DNA of 64,000 bases from Phenylobacterium sp. (GTDB lineage: Bacteria; Pseudomonadota; Alphaproteobacteria; Caulobacterales; Caulobacteraceae): the NCBI RefSeq assembly GCF_013911965.1, contig NZ_JACESE010000009.1, positions 69,085 to 133,084 on the forward strand. The letters run 5' to 3'. This document shows, piece by piece, positions 1 to 10,854 of the stretch; the stretch's first letter is position 1, and each line of letters begins with the position of its first letter. A program made the position numbers and the translations under genes. The notes beneath the pieces were generated by a model, which ran no database searches, had not been told where the DNA came from, and saw nothing but the letters and a program-made list of their open reading frames with translations.

Positions 1-42
1 CTGGTCCTGCGCGCCAAGCCGGAGGCGGCTGCGGCGCACTAG
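1..42 (+). CDS. 3' end of an upstream gene (partial, product unknown)
   Basis: Frame 1 reads LVLRAKPEAAAAH then TAG at 40-42, with GC-rich codons and a terminator-like hairpin downstream. Confidence 0.5.
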   Translation: MVLRAKPEAAAAH

Positions 43-71
43 CGCCCGTCCGGCGCGGCTGTCGCACGATC

Positions 72-100
72 AAGGCTCCGTCGGGTCCGGCGGAGCCTTT
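72..100 (+). terminator. Intrinsic terminator-like hairpin
   Basis: AAGGCTCCG (72-80) pairs with CGGAGCCTT (91-99), followed by T; lies 30 nt after the upstream stop. Confidence 0.6.
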
Positions 101-136
101 CGCATCGCATGGCGGCCTCCCATGAACGGCGATCAG

Positions 137-154
137 TTCAAACGCCTGTTCGAA
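137..154. promoter_or_regulatory. Palindromic operator (PsrA/TetR-like) upstream of pnt operon
   Basis: TTCAAACGCCTGTTCGAA is a near-palindrome resembling the PsrA-type CAAAC-N4-GTTTG motif, with one mismatch in the right half. Confidence 0.4.
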
Positions 155-231
155 AATCGCTGATCGGCTTCTGGACAAGGCGCCGACAACCTCCCTAAGG
201 TCCGCCGGCTTCATCACCGGGGGATCAGGGC

Positions 232-1365
232 ATGCCAGTCATCGCCGTCACGAAGGAACGTCAGGCCGGCGAGACGCGTGTCGCCGCCACGCCGGACACG
301 GTGAAGAAGCTGATCGCCGCCGGCTATTCGGTGGTGGTCGAGGCCGGCGCCGGCGCGCCCTCCTCCTATCCCGACGCCGACTACGCCGCCGCAGGCGCCG
401 AGATGGCGTCCGATCCGGCGGCCGCCATCGGCAAGGCGGACATCCTCTTCAAGGTCCGCGGGCCAGTGGCCGAGGAGATCGCCGCGCTGAAGGCCGACGC
501 CATCGTCGTCGGCATGCTCAATCCGCACCAGGACAAGGAAACCCTGCAGGCGCTGGCCGCCAAGGGGGTTCGCGCCTTCACCATGGAGTTCGTGCCGCGG
601 ATCACCCGGGCCCAGGTGATGGACGTGCTGTCCTCCCAGGCCAACCTCGCCGGTTATCGCGCGGTGATCGAGGCGGCCAACGCCTATGGCAAGGTCATGC
701 CGATGATGATGACCGCCGCCGGCACCGTGGCCGCGGCCAAGGTCTTCGTCATGGGCGCCGGCGTCGCCGGCCTGCAGGCCATCGCCACGGCGCGCCGTCT
801 GGGCGCCGTCGTCACCGCCACCGATGTCCGGCCCGCCGCCAAGGAGCAGGTGGAGAGCCTGGGCGCCAAGTTCGTCGCCGTCGAGGACGAGGAGTTCAAG
901 GCCGCCGAGACGGCCGCCGGCTACGCCAAGGAGATGAGCCCGGAGTATCAGGCCAAGCAGGCCGCGCTGGTCTCCGAGCACATCCGGAAGCAGGACATCG
1001 TCATCACCACGGCCCTGATCCCCGGCCGGCCGGCGCCCAGGCTGGTCAGCGCCGAACAGGCGGCCTCCATGCGCCCGGGCTCGGTGATCGTCGACCTGGC
1101 CGTGGAGCAGGGCGGCAACGTGGCCGGCTCCAAGCGCGGCGAGGTGGTCGAGACCGAAGGCGGCGTGAAGATCGTCGGCTACGCCAACCTGCCCGGCCGC
1201 ATCGCCGCCGACGCCTCGGCCCTCTACGCGCGCAACCTGTTCGCCTTCGCCGGCCTCTTCCTCGACAAGGAAGGCGCCTTCGCCCCGGACCTGGAGGACG
1301 AGATCCTCAAGGCCGCCCTGGTCACCCAGGGCGGCGCGGTGGTCCACCCCGCCCTGGCCGGCTGA
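232..1365 (+). CDS. pntAA: NAD(P) transhydrogenase subunit alpha, part 1 (domain I)
   Basis: [18 protein letters not shown], Rossmann [17 protein letters not shown] and DLAVEQGGN motifs. Confidence 0.97.
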   Translation: MPVIAVTKERQAGETRVAATPDTVKKLIAAGYSVVVEAGAGAPSSYPDADYAAAGAEMASDPAAAIGKADILFKVRGPVAEEIAALKADAIVVGMLNPHQDKETLQALAAKGVRAFTMEFVPRITRAQVMDVLSSQANLAGYRAVIEAANAYGKVMPMMMTAAGTVAAAKVFVMGAGVAGLQAIATARRLGAVVTATDVRPAAKEQVESLGAKFVAVEDEEFKAAETAAGYAKEMSPEYQAKQAALVSEHIRKQDIVITTALIPGRPAPRLVSAEQAASMRPGSVIVDLAVEQGGNVAGSKRGEVVETEGGVKIVGYANLPGRIAADASALYARNLFAFAGLFLDKEGAFAPDLEDEILKAALVTQGGAVVHPALAG

Positions 1366-1396
1366 GCCCACACGAGAAAGAGAGAGAGGACGACCC

Positions 1397-1714
1397 ATGG
1401 AAGCTGTCGATCCCACCGTCTTCCGCCTGGCGATCTTCGTGCTCGCCGTCTTCGTGGGCTACTACGTGGTCTGGAGCGTGACGCCGGCCCTGCACACGCC
1501 GCTCATGGCCGTCACCAACGCCATCTCCTCGGTGATCATCGTCGGCGCCCTGCTGGCCGCCGCGGCCCACAGCGCGGGCGGCGAGCTGACCTCCAGCGTG
1601 ATGATCTCCAAGGGGGCGGGCGCCCTGGCCGCGGCCCTGGCCGCGGTCAACATCTTCGGCGGCTTCCTGGTCACCCAGCGCATGCTCGCCATGTACAAGA
1701 AGAAGCAGAAGTAG
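1397..1714 (+). CDS. pntAB: NAD(P) transhydrogenase subunit alpha, part 2 (membrane)
   Basis: [17 protein letters not shown] and [13 protein letters not shown] motifs. Confidence 0.96.
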   Translation: MEAVDPTVFRLAIFVLAVFVGYYVVWSVTPALHTPLMAVTNAISSVIIVGALLAAAAHSAGGELTSSVMISKGAGALAAALAAVNIFGGFLVTQRMLAMYKKKQK

Positions 1715-1735
1715 AGCGGGCTCGGGGCAAACACC

Positions 1736-3151
1736 ATGAACGCCAATCTCGCGGCCATCCTCTACCTCGTCTCCGGGGTCCTCTTCATCCTGGCCCTGCG
1801 CGGGCTTTCCAGCCCGGAGACCAGCCGGGCGGGCAACCGCAACGGCATGATCGGCATGGCCATCGCCGTCGGCACGGTGCTGGCCACCCTCTTCAGCCAG
1901 GGCGCGCTGGACGGCCTGACCCTGGCCCTCATCGTCGGCGGCGTGGCCCTCGGCGGCGGGGTCGGGGCGGTCATCGCGCGCAAGGTCGCCATGACCTCCA
2001 TGCCGCAGCTGGTGGCGGCCTTCCACAGCCTGGTGGGCCTGGCCGCCTGCCTCGTGGCCGTGGCCGCCATCTACACGCCCGAGGCCTATGGCATCGGCGT
2101 CGCCGGCGCGATCCACGGGGCGTCCCTGATCGAGCTGTCGCTGGGGCTGGCCATCGGCGCGGTGACCTTCACCGGCTCGGTCATCGCCTTCGCCAAGCTC
2201 AACGGCAACATGTCCGGCGCGCCGATCCTCCTGCCGGCCCGGCACCTGCTCAACATCGCCATCGCCGTCGCCATCGTGGCCCTCGTCGTGGTGCTGGTGA
2301 TGAGCGGCGGCTCGGCCATCTGGGCCTTCTGGGCGATCTTCGGCCTGTCCCTGCTGATCGGCGTGACCCTGATCATCCCCATCGGCGGGGCCGACATGCC
2401 CGTCGTCGTTTCGATGCTGAATTCCTATTCCGGCTGGGCGGCCGCCGCGCTGGGGTTCACGCTGGAGAACACGACCCTGATCATCACCGGGGCCCTGGTG
2501 GGCTCCTCGGGGGCCATCCTCTCCTACATCATGTGCAAGGGGATGAACCGCTCCTTCATCTCGGTGATCCTCGGCGGCTTCGGCGCCGACGACTCCGCGG
2601 CCGCCGCCGGCGGCAAGGTGGAGACCCGGCCGGTCAAGCAGGGTTCGGCCGACGATGCGGCCTTCATCATGAAGAACGCGTCGAAGGTCATCATCGTCCC
2701 CGGCTACGGCATGGCCGTCTCCCAGGCCCAACACGCCCTGCGGGAAATGGCCGACGTGCTGAAGGCCGAGGGCGTGGACGTGAAGTACGCCATCCACCCG
2801 GTCGCGGGCCGCATGCCCGGGCACATGAACGTCCTGCTGGCCGAGGCCCAGGTGCCCTATGACGAGGTCTTCGAACTGGAGGACATCAATTCGGAGTTCT
2901 CCACCGCCGACGTGGCCTTCGTCATCGGCGCCAACGACGTGACCAACCCTTCGGCCAAGACCGACCCGCAGTCGCCCATCTACGGCATGCCCATCCTCGA
3001 CGTGGAGAAGGCGCGCACGGTGCTCTTCGTGAAGCGCGGCATGAGCTCGGGCTATGCCGGCGTGGAGAACGAGCTCTTCTTCCGCGACAACACCATGATG
3101 CTGTTCGGCGACGCCAAGAAGATGGTCGAGGGCATCCTCAAGTCGCTCTGA
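1736..3151 (+). CDS. pntB: NAD(P) transhydrogenase subunit beta
   Basis: MPQLVAAFHS, GGADMPVVVSMLNSYSG, HPVAGRMPGHMNVLLAEA and GANDVTNP motifs. Confidence 0.97.
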   Translation: MNANLAAILYLVSGVLFILALRGLSSPETSRAGNRNGMIGMAIAVGTVLATLFSQGALDGLTLALIVGGVALGGGVGAVIARKVAMTSMPQLVAAFHSLVGLAACLVAVAAIYTPEAYGIGVAGAIHGASLIELSLGLAIGAVTFTGSVIAFAKLNGNMSGAPILLPARHLLNIAIAVAIVALVVVLVMSGGSAIWAFWAIFGLSLLIGVTLIIPIGGADMPVVVSMLNSYSGWAAAALGFTLENTTLIITGALVGSSGAILSYIMCKGMNRSFISVILGGFGADDSAAAAGGKVETRPVKQGSADDAAFIMKNASKVIIVPGYGMAVSQAQHALREMADVLKAEGVDVKYAIHPVAGRMPGHMNVLLAEAQVPYDEVFELEDINSEFSTADVAFVIGANDVTNPSAKTDPQSPIYGMPILDVEKARTVLFVKRGMSSGYAGVENELFFRDNTMMLFGDAKKMVEGILKSL

Positions 3152-3176
3152 GACCGCGCTCGCGTTCTTCTCCGTC

Positions 3177-3206
3177 AGGGGCCGCGTCCGCCAGGGCGCG
3201 GCCCTT
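3177..3206 (+). terminator. Terminator-like hairpin after pntB
   Basis: GGGCCGCG (3179-3186) pairs with CGCGGCCC (3197-3204), followed by TT. Confidence 0.5.
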
Positions 3207-3378
3207 CGTCATTGCGCCGCCCAAGCGGCGCCGTGGTGCGGCGAATTGACGGCGAAGCCCGCCATGCTCGCGTCGAGAAGACTCCTTAACCCCAGCCGGA
3301 CTAACGGATCGCCGACACACGGAGCTGCGCCGTCAGAAGACGTCGCCTCCGCCGCACAACAGACAGGGACGCCGCCCC

Positions 3379-4095
3379 TTGACCGACACGAGCCTGGCCG
3401 AGAACGGCCAAGCCCGCCGCCGCGCGCCGGGATTGATCCTTGGGGGGCTGATCGCTCTCGCCGCCCTGACCGCCGCCAACGCCGCCATCCCGCGCAAGGC
3501 GGCCGCGCCGCCGGCGCCGGCCGCAACGCCGGCGGCCGAAGAAGAGCCCGTCCTGATCGCCTTCCGCCACCCGCTGCCCGGGGAGACGGTCAATTCCCCC
3601 TTCGGCCTGCGCCGGCTGCCCTGGGAGGACGCCGGCCGCCTGCACGAGGGCGTCGACATCGCCGCCGATCCGGGCAAGCCCGTGCTCGCCGCCGCCGACG
3701 GGGTCGTCACCCGCGCGGGCTACGCCGCCGGCTACGGCCAGATGGTGGAGCTGACGCACGCCGAGGGTCTGGTCACCCGCTATGGCCATCTGGGGCGCAT
3801 CGACGCGGCCATCCGCCCGGGCGTCGCGCTGAAGGCCGGCGCGCCCCTGGCCCGGGTCGGCTCCTCCGGCGTCTCCAGCGGCCCGCATCTGCACTTCGAG
3901 ATCCGCGACGCCGACGACCGCCCGCTCAACCCGCTCTTCTTCCTGGGGCGCACCTTCGCCGAGGCCGACGACCTGCCGATCGAGCCTGCAGGCAAGGTCT
4001 CGCCGCGCGTGCGGCTGGCCTACGTCTCCAGCATCCCGGACTCCAAGCGGGAGATCATGATCCGCAAGGGACTTCTTTCGGAGGCGGGCGACTAG
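3379..4095 (+). CDS. M23 family metallopeptidase with N-terminal membrane anchor/signal
   Basis: HEGVDIAA (HxxxD), TRYGHL and GPHLHFEIR (HxH) motifs; hydrophobic N-terminus and Pro/Ala linker; TTG start is uncertain. Confidence 0.88.
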   Translation: MTDTSLAENGQARRRAPGLILGGLIALAALTAANAAIPRKAAAPPAPAATPAAEEEPVLIAFRHPLPGETVNSPFGLRRLPWEDAGRLHEGVDIAADPGKPVLAAADGVVTRAGYAAGYGQMVELTHAEGLVTRYGHLGRIDAAIRPGVALKAGAPLARVGSSGVSSGPHLHFEIRDADDRPLNPLFFLGRTFAEADDLPIEPAGKVSPRVRLAYVSSIPDSKREIMIRKGLLSEAGD

Positions 4096-4493
4096 GCCCT
4101 GACCCGGCCGAACGCCTTGTCGGCCAGGAAGGCCGCCGCCAGTGTGGCGACCACCGCGGCGACCACGAACCAGGCGGGATGCGGGATGGAGATCATCGTC
4201 CACACCGCGAAGGCGAAGAGCAGCGCCGCCGTGACCCGCCCGGCCAGGGCGCGGCGGCCGGCGACCAGGCAGGCGGTCGAGGCGCCCGCCAGAATGCCGA
4301 GGAACCAGGCGATCAGGACCATCGCCTTGGCCTGCCAGGGGATCACCATCATCACCTGACGCATGGCCTGGGGGTCGGTCAGGTTCATCCCCTCCGGCGG
4401 CGGGAACAGCATGTGTCCCACGCTCTCGACCGCGAAGATGACGAGAACGCCGACCAGCAGGCCGGCCACGACGCCGAGCGCCAGACGCAACAT
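4092..4493 (-). CDS. Small multi-pass membrane protein of unknown function
   Basis: About four hydrophobic segments with FPPPEG and IPHPAWF motifs; GGGAGG RBS before the ATG; stop codon overlaps the M23 stop. Confidence 0.75.
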   Translation of the reverse strand: MLRLALGVVAGLLVGVLVIFAVESVGHMLFPPPEGMNLTDPQAMRQVMMVIPWQAKAMVLIAWFLGILAGASTACLVAGRRALAGRVTAALLFAFAVWTMISIPHPAWFVVAAVVATLAAAFLADKAFGRVRA

Positions 4494-4543
4494 GATGCCT
4501 CCCTGGCCGGGGTGGGCCCGGCCCTAGCTTGCGGGAAGATAGC

Positions 4544-5815
4544 CTAAGCCGTGCGCGCGGCCACCGGTTCCCTGTCGATCAGGCCGCAGGCGGCCTGCAG
4601 GCGCGGCAGGACGAGGCTCGTGGCGCGCGCAAGCGCGGGGTCGACGCTGACCGCCAGAGGGTCGGCCGCCTTCGCCCAGACGGGCAGGGCGCCCCGTGCG
4701 GCTTGGGGGACCTCCTGCAAGGCTGTGCGGGCCGCCGGCGGCAGCCGCCGCGCCACGCCGGCCAGGCGACGCACGCACAGGCCCGGGGCCTGAGCCTCGA
4801 TCTCGAAGCGGCCGTCCCAGACCTCGGTCACGCCCGGCGCGAGAGGCCGGGACGCCAGACCGCCGCGCGCGGCCTCGCCCGCCTCGCGAAAGAACAGCAC
4901 CCGCTCGGCGTCGGCCGCGACTCTCGCCCCGGCGAGGGTGGCGGCCACGGGCCCCTCGCCCGACAGAGCCTCCGCCAGGCGTCGCCGCGCCGCCGGCGCC
5001 GGCGGCCGGCTCCCGCCGCCGGCGCACAAAGCGGCGACGCCCACGAACACGTCGGCCGCCGGATGCCGCCGCAGGGCGGCGCGCGGAAGGCTCAGAACGC
5101 CCGGCCAGGGCTCCCGGGTCTGACGGGCCAGACCGCTCGGGTCGGGGCGGGGCGCGGCGTCCGCCGACGGGACCGGTCGCTGCCGGCGCGCGCGGCTCCG
5201 CGCATAGGCGAGGTCGGCGTTGGCCGGATCCTCGATCCACGACCAGCCGCCCTCGACCAGCGCCTCCCGCAGCTCGCCCCGACGGAGGCCCAGCATGGGA
5301 CGCAGCAGAAAGACGTCCCGTCCCGCCGGCCAGACGGGGCTGGGCGCCCAGACCTTGGGATCGGGCGTGCTCGACCCGGCCGCCCGCATGGCCGCGGCTT
5401 CGGCCAGGTCGTCCGCCGTATGGCCCATCAGTACGACGCGGGCGCCCGCCGTTCGCGCGGCCTCGGCGATCAGGCGATGTCGGGCGGCGCGCGCGGCCGC
5501 CGGCAGCCCGCGGGGGGGCTTCGGGCCGCACCAGGCCCGGCGAACGAACCTGCGGTCCAGGCGGCGGGCGACGTCCGCGCAGCGTCGGGCCCAGTCGGCG
5601 GCGTCCGCCTGCAGGCCGTGATCGACATGCAGCACGAGCAGGTCGCGGCCGACGCCGCGCGCCCAGGCGTCGGCGGCGATCAGCAGGGCGAGCGAGTCGC
5701 CGCCGCCGGAGAAGGCGACGCAGACCGGCGCGGCGGAGGTCCGCGACAGGCGCCGGTCGAGGACGGCGCCGATCGCCGTCTGGAGGTCGGGGCGCAGGCC
5801 CTGGGTCAGCCGCAC
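4544..5815 (-). CDS. tilS: tRNA(Ile)-lysidine synthetase
   Basis: PP-loop SGGGDS, VDHGL, GHTADD, RPMLG and DPAN motifs; GTG start at 5815 overlaps the cpoB stop (the ORF-track start at 5986 is too long). Confidence 0.9.
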   Translation of the reverse strand: MRLTQGLRPDLQTAIGAVLDRRLSRTSAAPVCVAFSGGGDSLALLIAADAWARGVGRDLLVLHVDHGLQADAADWARRCADVARRLDRRFVRRAWCGPKPPRGLPAAARAARHRLIAEAARTAGARVVLMGHTADDLAEAAAMRAAGSSTPDPKVWAPSPVWPAGRDVFLLRPMLGLRRGELREALVEGGWSWIEDPANADLAYARSRARRQRPVPSADAAPRPDPSGLARQTREPWPGVLSLPRAALRRHPAADVFVGVAALCAGGGSRPPAPAARRRLAEALSGEGPVAATLAGARVAADAERVLFFREAGEAARGGLASRPLAPGVTEVWDGRFEIEAQAPGLCVRRLAGVARRLPPAARTALQEVPQAARGALPVWAKAADPLAVSVDPALARATSLVLPRLQAACGLIDREPVAARTA

Positions 5816-6669
5816 CGCGCTTCGGTGCGCGCGGCCGACGCGCGCGCCTTGATGGAGGGCGCGGCGTTGGGATAGCGGCGCGAGAGCTCGCCCAGCGCCT
5901 GGCAGGCGTCGGCGGCCTTGTCGAGGGCGATCAGCGACCGCGACAGCTCCAGCACGGCGTCGGGCGCCCAGGGCGTGGCCGGCCATCCGCGGATCGCGTT
6001 GATGAAGGCGCTGGCCGCCTCGCCATCGGCGCCGCGCACCACCAGGGTCTTGCCGAGCCAGTAGTTGGCCTCCGGCGCGAGGTTGGAGTCCCCGTGCCGG
6101 CTGACGAACCCTTCGAAGGCCGCCTCGGCGCCGTCGTAGTCGCCGCTCAGCATCAGGCCGCGTGCGCGGTCGAAGGCTTCCCTGGGGGGGGCGTTGACGG
6201 GGGCCGGCGTGGCGCCCAGGCCAGGGGGCGGCGTCGAGCCGCCCGTCCCGGTCACCTCCGGCGCGCCGGTATAGGCCTCGAGCGCGTTCAGCCGGTCGGT
6301 CAGCCCCTTCAGCTGGCTCTCCAGGGCGGCGTTCTTGTCCTTCAGCTGCCGCAGTTCGAAATTGGTGGTCTCGATCTGGCCGTTGAGCCGGGTCAGCACG
6401 GCCTCAAGGTCGGAGACGCGGCGGTTCAGCTCCTCCAGCCGGTAATCGGTTTCCGCCGGCTGGACGACCACCGGCCGGCCGGTGTCGCGGCCCTGGAAGA
6501 CGATGGCCCGCAACTCGCGCACCACCTTTTCCATCCGGTCCACGCGACGCGCGTCGCGGGCGTCGAGCGGGTCGTCCATCGGCGTCTGGGCGAGCGCGGC
6601 GCCGGAGACGCTCATCATCAGGACGAGGGCGGCGGAAAGGAGCGGGCGATTGGGCGTCATGATCTGCAT
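5806..6669 (-). CDS. cpoB: Tol-Pal system protein CpoB/YbgF
   Basis: Signal peptide, coiled coil, and TPR region with ANYWLG and DAVLEL; located directly downstream of pal. Confidence 0.92.
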   Translation of the reverse strand: MQIMTPNRPLLSAALVLMMSVSGAALAQTPMDDPLDARDARRVDRMEKVVRELRAIVFQGRDTGRPVVVQPAETDYRLEELNRRVSDLEAVLTRLNGQIETTNFELRQLKDKNAALESQLKGLTDRLNALEAYTGAPEVTGTGGSTPPPGLGATPAPVNAPPREAFDRARGLMLSGDYDGAEAAFEGFVSRHGDSNLAPEANYWLGKTLVVRGADGEAASAFINAIRGWPATPWAPDAVLELSRSLIALDKAADACQALGELSRRYPNAAPSIKARASAARTEARCG

Positions 6670-6808
6670 CTAGCGGGCGCGAGAGCCGAAATTGCGGCGG
6701 TGGACGAGGGCAGAATGGCGGGCGCGGCGCGGTCTGGCCAGGGGCCGGACAGCAAAGAGGGGACCCCGAAGGGTCCCCTCAGCTCTCCTCAGGCTACGGC
6801 GCGCGCGA

Positions 6809-7366
6809 TCAGCGGGCGCCGGAGATGATCGCCGTGTGGGCGTTCCGGTTGCGCTGGTAGGCGGCTTCCGAGGTGCCCGGATCGATCGGCCGCTCCTTGC
6901 CGTAGGACACGGTGGTGATGCGGCTGGCCGAGACGCCGCGCGAGACCAGGAAGTCGCGGACCGCGTTGGCGCGGCGGGCGCCCAGGGCGAGGTTGTATTC
7001 GCGCGTGCCGCGTTCGTCGGCGTTGCCTTCGATGCGGACCATGACCGACGGATAGCGGTTCAGCCAGGCGGCCTGGGCGGCCAGGACCGGTTCGGCGTCG
7101 GCGCGAACGGCGTAGGAGTCGAAGTCGAAATAGACCCGGTCCCCGACGTTGATGACGAAGTCCTGCATGGTGCCCGGAAGCGGGCCCTGGGAGACCGGCG
7201 GCGGCGGGGTGGTCGTGCCCGGCTGCGTCGCCGGCGGCGGCGTGGGTTGGGTGGGCGTGGCGGGCTCGGGTTTCGGGCGCGAGGCGCAGGCGGTCACCGA
7301 AGCGGCGGCGAGCGCGATGAGCGCAAACTTCGCAACGCGCGGGGTGGTGAGGCTGGAGGTCATCAC
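6809..7366 (-). CDS. pal: Peptidoglycan-associated lipoprotein Pal
   Basis: Lipobox VTAC; OmpA-like domain with IEGNADERGTREYNLALG and SYGKERP. Confidence 0.97.
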   Translation of the reverse strand: MMTSSLTTPRVAKFALIALAAASVTACASRPKPEPATPTQPTPPPATQPGTTTPPPPVSQGPLPGTMQDFVINVGDRVYFDFDSYAVRADAEPVLAAQAAWLNRYPSVMVRIEGNADERGTREYNLALGARRANAVRDFLVSRGVSASRITTVSYGKERPIDPGTSEAAYQRNRNAHTAIISGAR

Positions 7367-7497
7367 TCAGTCTTTTCCTTGGCTAGGTTTCCAACACGCG
7401 GCGCGCCAAGCGCCGAAATCACTGCAGGCTGAACCGATTTAACTGGCTAGTGCTATGGAAGCCAAGATCGGACAAGCCTTTCTCCTATATTCACTTG

Positions 7498-8796
7498 TCA
7501 GTTGAGCAACGGCGACCACGCCGGATCCGATCCGGACTGCGGATAGGGAGCCGGGCGGACGATGCGTCCCGTCACATCGACGGTCCACAAACGCGGAGGG
7601 CCGCCGGGCGTTTCACGGGAGAACATCAAAACTCTGCCATTGGGCGCCCAGGTGGGGCCTTCGTCCAGATAGGAGGAGGTGAGCAGGCGCTCGCCCGACC
7701 CGTCGGGACGCATGATGCCGATGTGGAATCGTCCGCCCTCCTGCTTGGTGAAGGCGATGTATTCCCCGGTCGGGCTCCAGACCGGCGTCATGTAGCGGCC
7801 CGAACCGAAGGAGATGCGCCGCACCCCCGACCCGTCGGCGTTCATCACATAGATCTGCGGGCTGCCGCCCCGGTCGGAGTTGAAGGTGATCTGCGCCCCG
7901 TCCGGCGAGAAGGAGGGCGAGGTGTCGATGGAGGGGTCGGCGGTCAGCCGGCTCGAGGAGCGGCTGCGCAGGTCCATGACGTGGATGTCGGTGTTGCCGC
8001 TGCGTTCGACCGAGAAGGCCACCTTGCCCCCGTCGTGGGAGAAGCGCGGGGCGAAGACCATGCCCGGGAAGTTGCCCAGCGTCTCCCGGCGGCCCGTCTC
8101 CAGGTTGAACAGGTAGATGGACGACCCCTCCGGCCGCAGGGCCATGTAGGTGATCTCCTGGCTGGTCGAGGAGAACCGGGGCGTCATGACGATATAGGAG
8201 CCATCGGTCAGGTAGCTCGGATTGGCGCCGTCCTGGTCCATGATCGCCAGGCGCTTGACCCGGTCGATCCGCCCGCCGCTCTCGGCCACGAAGACCACGC
8301 GGGTGTCGAAATAGCCCTTCTCGCCCGTCAACCGCTCATAGACGGCGTCGGAGATCTTGTGGGCCACGCGCCGCCAGTTCTCCGAGGTGGAGGTGAACTG
8401 CATGCCCAGGAGCTGCTGCTCGGCGAAGACGTCCCAGAGGCGGAAGTTGACCGTCAGCCGCCCGGTGGGATCGACGCTCACCTCGCCATTGACCAGGGCC
8501 TGGGCGTTGATCGTCTTCCAGTCGCCGAAGCGCGGCTGGTAGCGGATGTCGAGGTCGCGCTCAATGAAGGCGGCCTGGTCGATGGGGCGGAAAAGGCCCG
8601 ACCGCTCCAGGTTGCTGGTGATCACCTGGGCGATCTCGGCGCCGCGCTCGCCGCGGAAGCCGGGCACGGCGATGGGCAGGGGCTGGACGTCGCCGCGGTT
8701 GACGTCCACCTCGATCTGGGCGCGGGCCGGCAGGGCGAACGCGCCCACCGACAGGACGGCGGCCAGGACGGCCGCAAACAGGCTCTTCAATCGCAT
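7498..8796 (-). CDS. tolB: Tol-Pal beta-propeller protein TolB
   Basis: Signal peptide starting MRLKSLF (ATG 8796); [17 protein letters not shown] and PD40 repeats ([21 protein letters not shown]). Confidence 0.96.
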   Translation of the reverse strand: MRLKSLFAAVLAAVLSVGAFALPARAQIEVDVNRGDVQPLPIAVPGFRGERGAEIAQVITSNLERSGLFRPIDQAAFIERDLDIRYQPRFGDWKTINAQALVNGEVSVDPTGRLTVNFRLWDVFAEQQLLGMQFTSTSENWRRVAHKISDAVYERLTGEKGYFDTRVVFVAESGGRIDRVKRLAIMDQDGANPSYLTDGSYIVMTPRFSSTSQEITYMALRPEGSSIYLFNLETGRRETLGNFPGMVFAPRFSHDGGKVAFSVERSGNTDIHVMDLRSRSSSRLTADPSIDTSPSFSPDGAQITFNSDRGGSPQIYVMNADGSGVRRISFGSGRYMTPVWSPTGEYIAFTKQEGGRFHIGIMRPDGSGERLLTSSYLDEGPTWAPNGRVLMFSRETPGGPPRLWTVDVTGRIVRPAPYPQSGSDPAWSPLLN

Positions 8797-8810
8797 CGGC
8801 CTCGAACTCC

Positions 8811-9650
8811 TCAGTTGTCGGCGCACGCCTGGGCGGCGTTGAAGCTCACGACGATGGGGGCGCCGTAGAACTCGCGGGGCAGGGTGGTGAAGGGGGCTGC
8901 GCCATAGACGGCGCGGATGGCGCGTTCGGCGGCGGCGCGGACCACTGGATCGGAGGACCGCTCCTGGCCGCCGGCCTCGACGTCGCCGACCACGCGGCCG
9001 TCGCTGCTCAGGCGGAAGGTCACGCGGACGCGCACGTCGCGGGCGCCGTCGACCTCGCAATTGGGGTTCCAGCGCCGCTGCAGCTCCTCGGCCAGGCCGG
9101 ACATGGCTGCGCCGGAAACGCCGGAGCCGCTGGTGTTCCGGGCCTCCCGCGCCGTCTCCGGCCGGTTGCGGCCTTTCGAGGCCGAGGAACTCTGCGAGCC
9201 CTTCAGGCTGTCGGCCAGGGCGTCGAGGTCGAGGCCGCTCTCCTTCTTGGCCGGCGCGGGCTTGGCCGGCGGGCTCTTGGCGGGCTCGGCCTTCTTCGGC
9301 GGCGCCTTTTCCGGGGCGGGCTTGGGCGCGGGCGCCGGCCGGGGCGCCGGGGTCTTCGGCTGCGGCTGAGGCTGAGGCTGAGGCTCGGCGAGCTCCGGCT
9401 GAGCGGCGGCGGGCGCCTCCAGCGGGGCGTCGGGCTCCGGGCTTTCGGTCTGCGCCGGCTGCTCGAGGGGACCTTCCACGGCCGGCCGAGGATTGGCGGG
9501 AATGTTGCTCACGATGTTGACCGGAACGACGGCGCCGACCTTCAGTTCACGCGCCCAGGGCCACGGGATCAGGGCCGCTCCGATCACCGCCGCGTGGGCG
9601 ATGGCCGAAACGATCAGGGCCGTGGTGAGTGGGGACCGCTCGCGGCGCAT
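8811..9650 (-). CDS. tolA: TolA (TonB-like energy transducer)
   Basis: Single N-terminal TM with conserved His (SAIAHA), Pro/Ala/Lys-rich linker and TonB-C-like domain; sits between tolR and tolB. Confidence 0.85.
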   Translation of the reverse strand: MRRERSPLTTALIVSAIAHAAVIGAALIPWPWARELKVGAVVPVNIVSNIPANPRPAVEGPLEQPAQTESPEPDAPLEAPAAAQPELAEPQPQPQPQPKTPAPRPAPAPKPAPEKAPPKKAEPAKSPPAKPAPAKKESGLDLDALADSLKGSQSSSASKGRNRPETAREARNTSGSGVSGAAMSGLAEELQRRWNPNCEVDGARDVRVRVTFRLSSDGRVVGDVEAGGQERSSDPVVRAAAERAIRAVYGAAPFTTLPREFYGAPIVVSFNAAQACADN

Positions 9651-9660
9651 GGCGGCGTCC

Positions 9661-10140
9661 CTAGCGCGCGGCCTGGTCGCCGCCCGAGGACGGGCCGCCC
9701 GTATCCGTCAGCAGGTTGATCGAGGTGAAGCCCGAGCTCGACAGGGCGGCCATGACCTGGGCCACCGTGGCGTAGGAGGCCCGACCGTCGGCGCGCACAT
9801 AGATGGGCCGTTCGGTCGCGCCGTCGGCCATGGCCACCAGGCGCGGCGCCAGGGCGGAGAAGGGTGTCTCCTCCTCCTGGATGAAGATGGTCCCGTCGGC
9901 GCGGACCGAGACGGTCAGCGGCTCGGACTGGTCGGGGATGGCGCTGGCCTCGGTCTTGGGCAGCTCCAGCGGCACGCCCACGGTCAGCAGGGGGGCGGAG
10001 ACCATGAAGACGATCAGCAGCACCAGCATCACGTCGACCAGCGGCGTGACGTTGATCTCCGACAGGGCGCCTCTGCGGCTGCCCCGGCGTCGGCGGCGGC
10101 CGCCGCCGGCGGAATAGGCGTCGTGGGCCGACAGCGCCAT
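9661..10140 (-). CDS. tolR: TolR
   Basis: [20 protein letters not shown] and VRADG motifs. Confidence 0.95.
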   Translation of the reverse strand: MALSAHDAYSAGGGRRRRRGSRRGALSEINVTPLVDVMLVLLIVFMVSAPLLTVGVPLELPKTEASAIPDQSEPLTVSVRADGTIFIQEEETPFSALAPRLVAMADGATERPIYVRADGRASYATVAQVMAALSSSGFTSINLLTDTGGPSSGGDQAAR

Positions 10141-10143
10141 GGC

Positions 10144-10854
<711 letters not shown>

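Noticed and set aside
232-1714. Split pntA as a possible pseudogene
   Set aside because: The two-gene pntAA/pntAB organisation is the normal Rhodospirillum-type arrangement; both parts are intact and have RBSs.
3281-3304. TTAACC with adjacent GACTC upstream of the M23 gene as a CtrA site
   Set aside because: Only one half-site is present; there is no second TTAA at 7-nt spacing, so support is too weak.
6184-6191. G8 tract in cpoB (and G7 at 5512-5518 in tilS) as possible phase-variation sites
   Set aside because: Both are short and in frame, encode Pro-Pro, and lie in core or essential genes; such runs are expected at this GC content.
9204-9233. [10 protein letters not shown] motif in TolA resembling the CheA linker motifs
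   Set aside because: TolA is periplasmic in this region, so a shared partner with CheA is implausible; it is likely an independent amphipathic helix.
9361-9386. Tandem GGCTGA repeat
   Set aside because: It encodes the QPQPQP low-complexity linker of TolA; repeat-unit changes would stay in frame, and it is not CRISPR-like.
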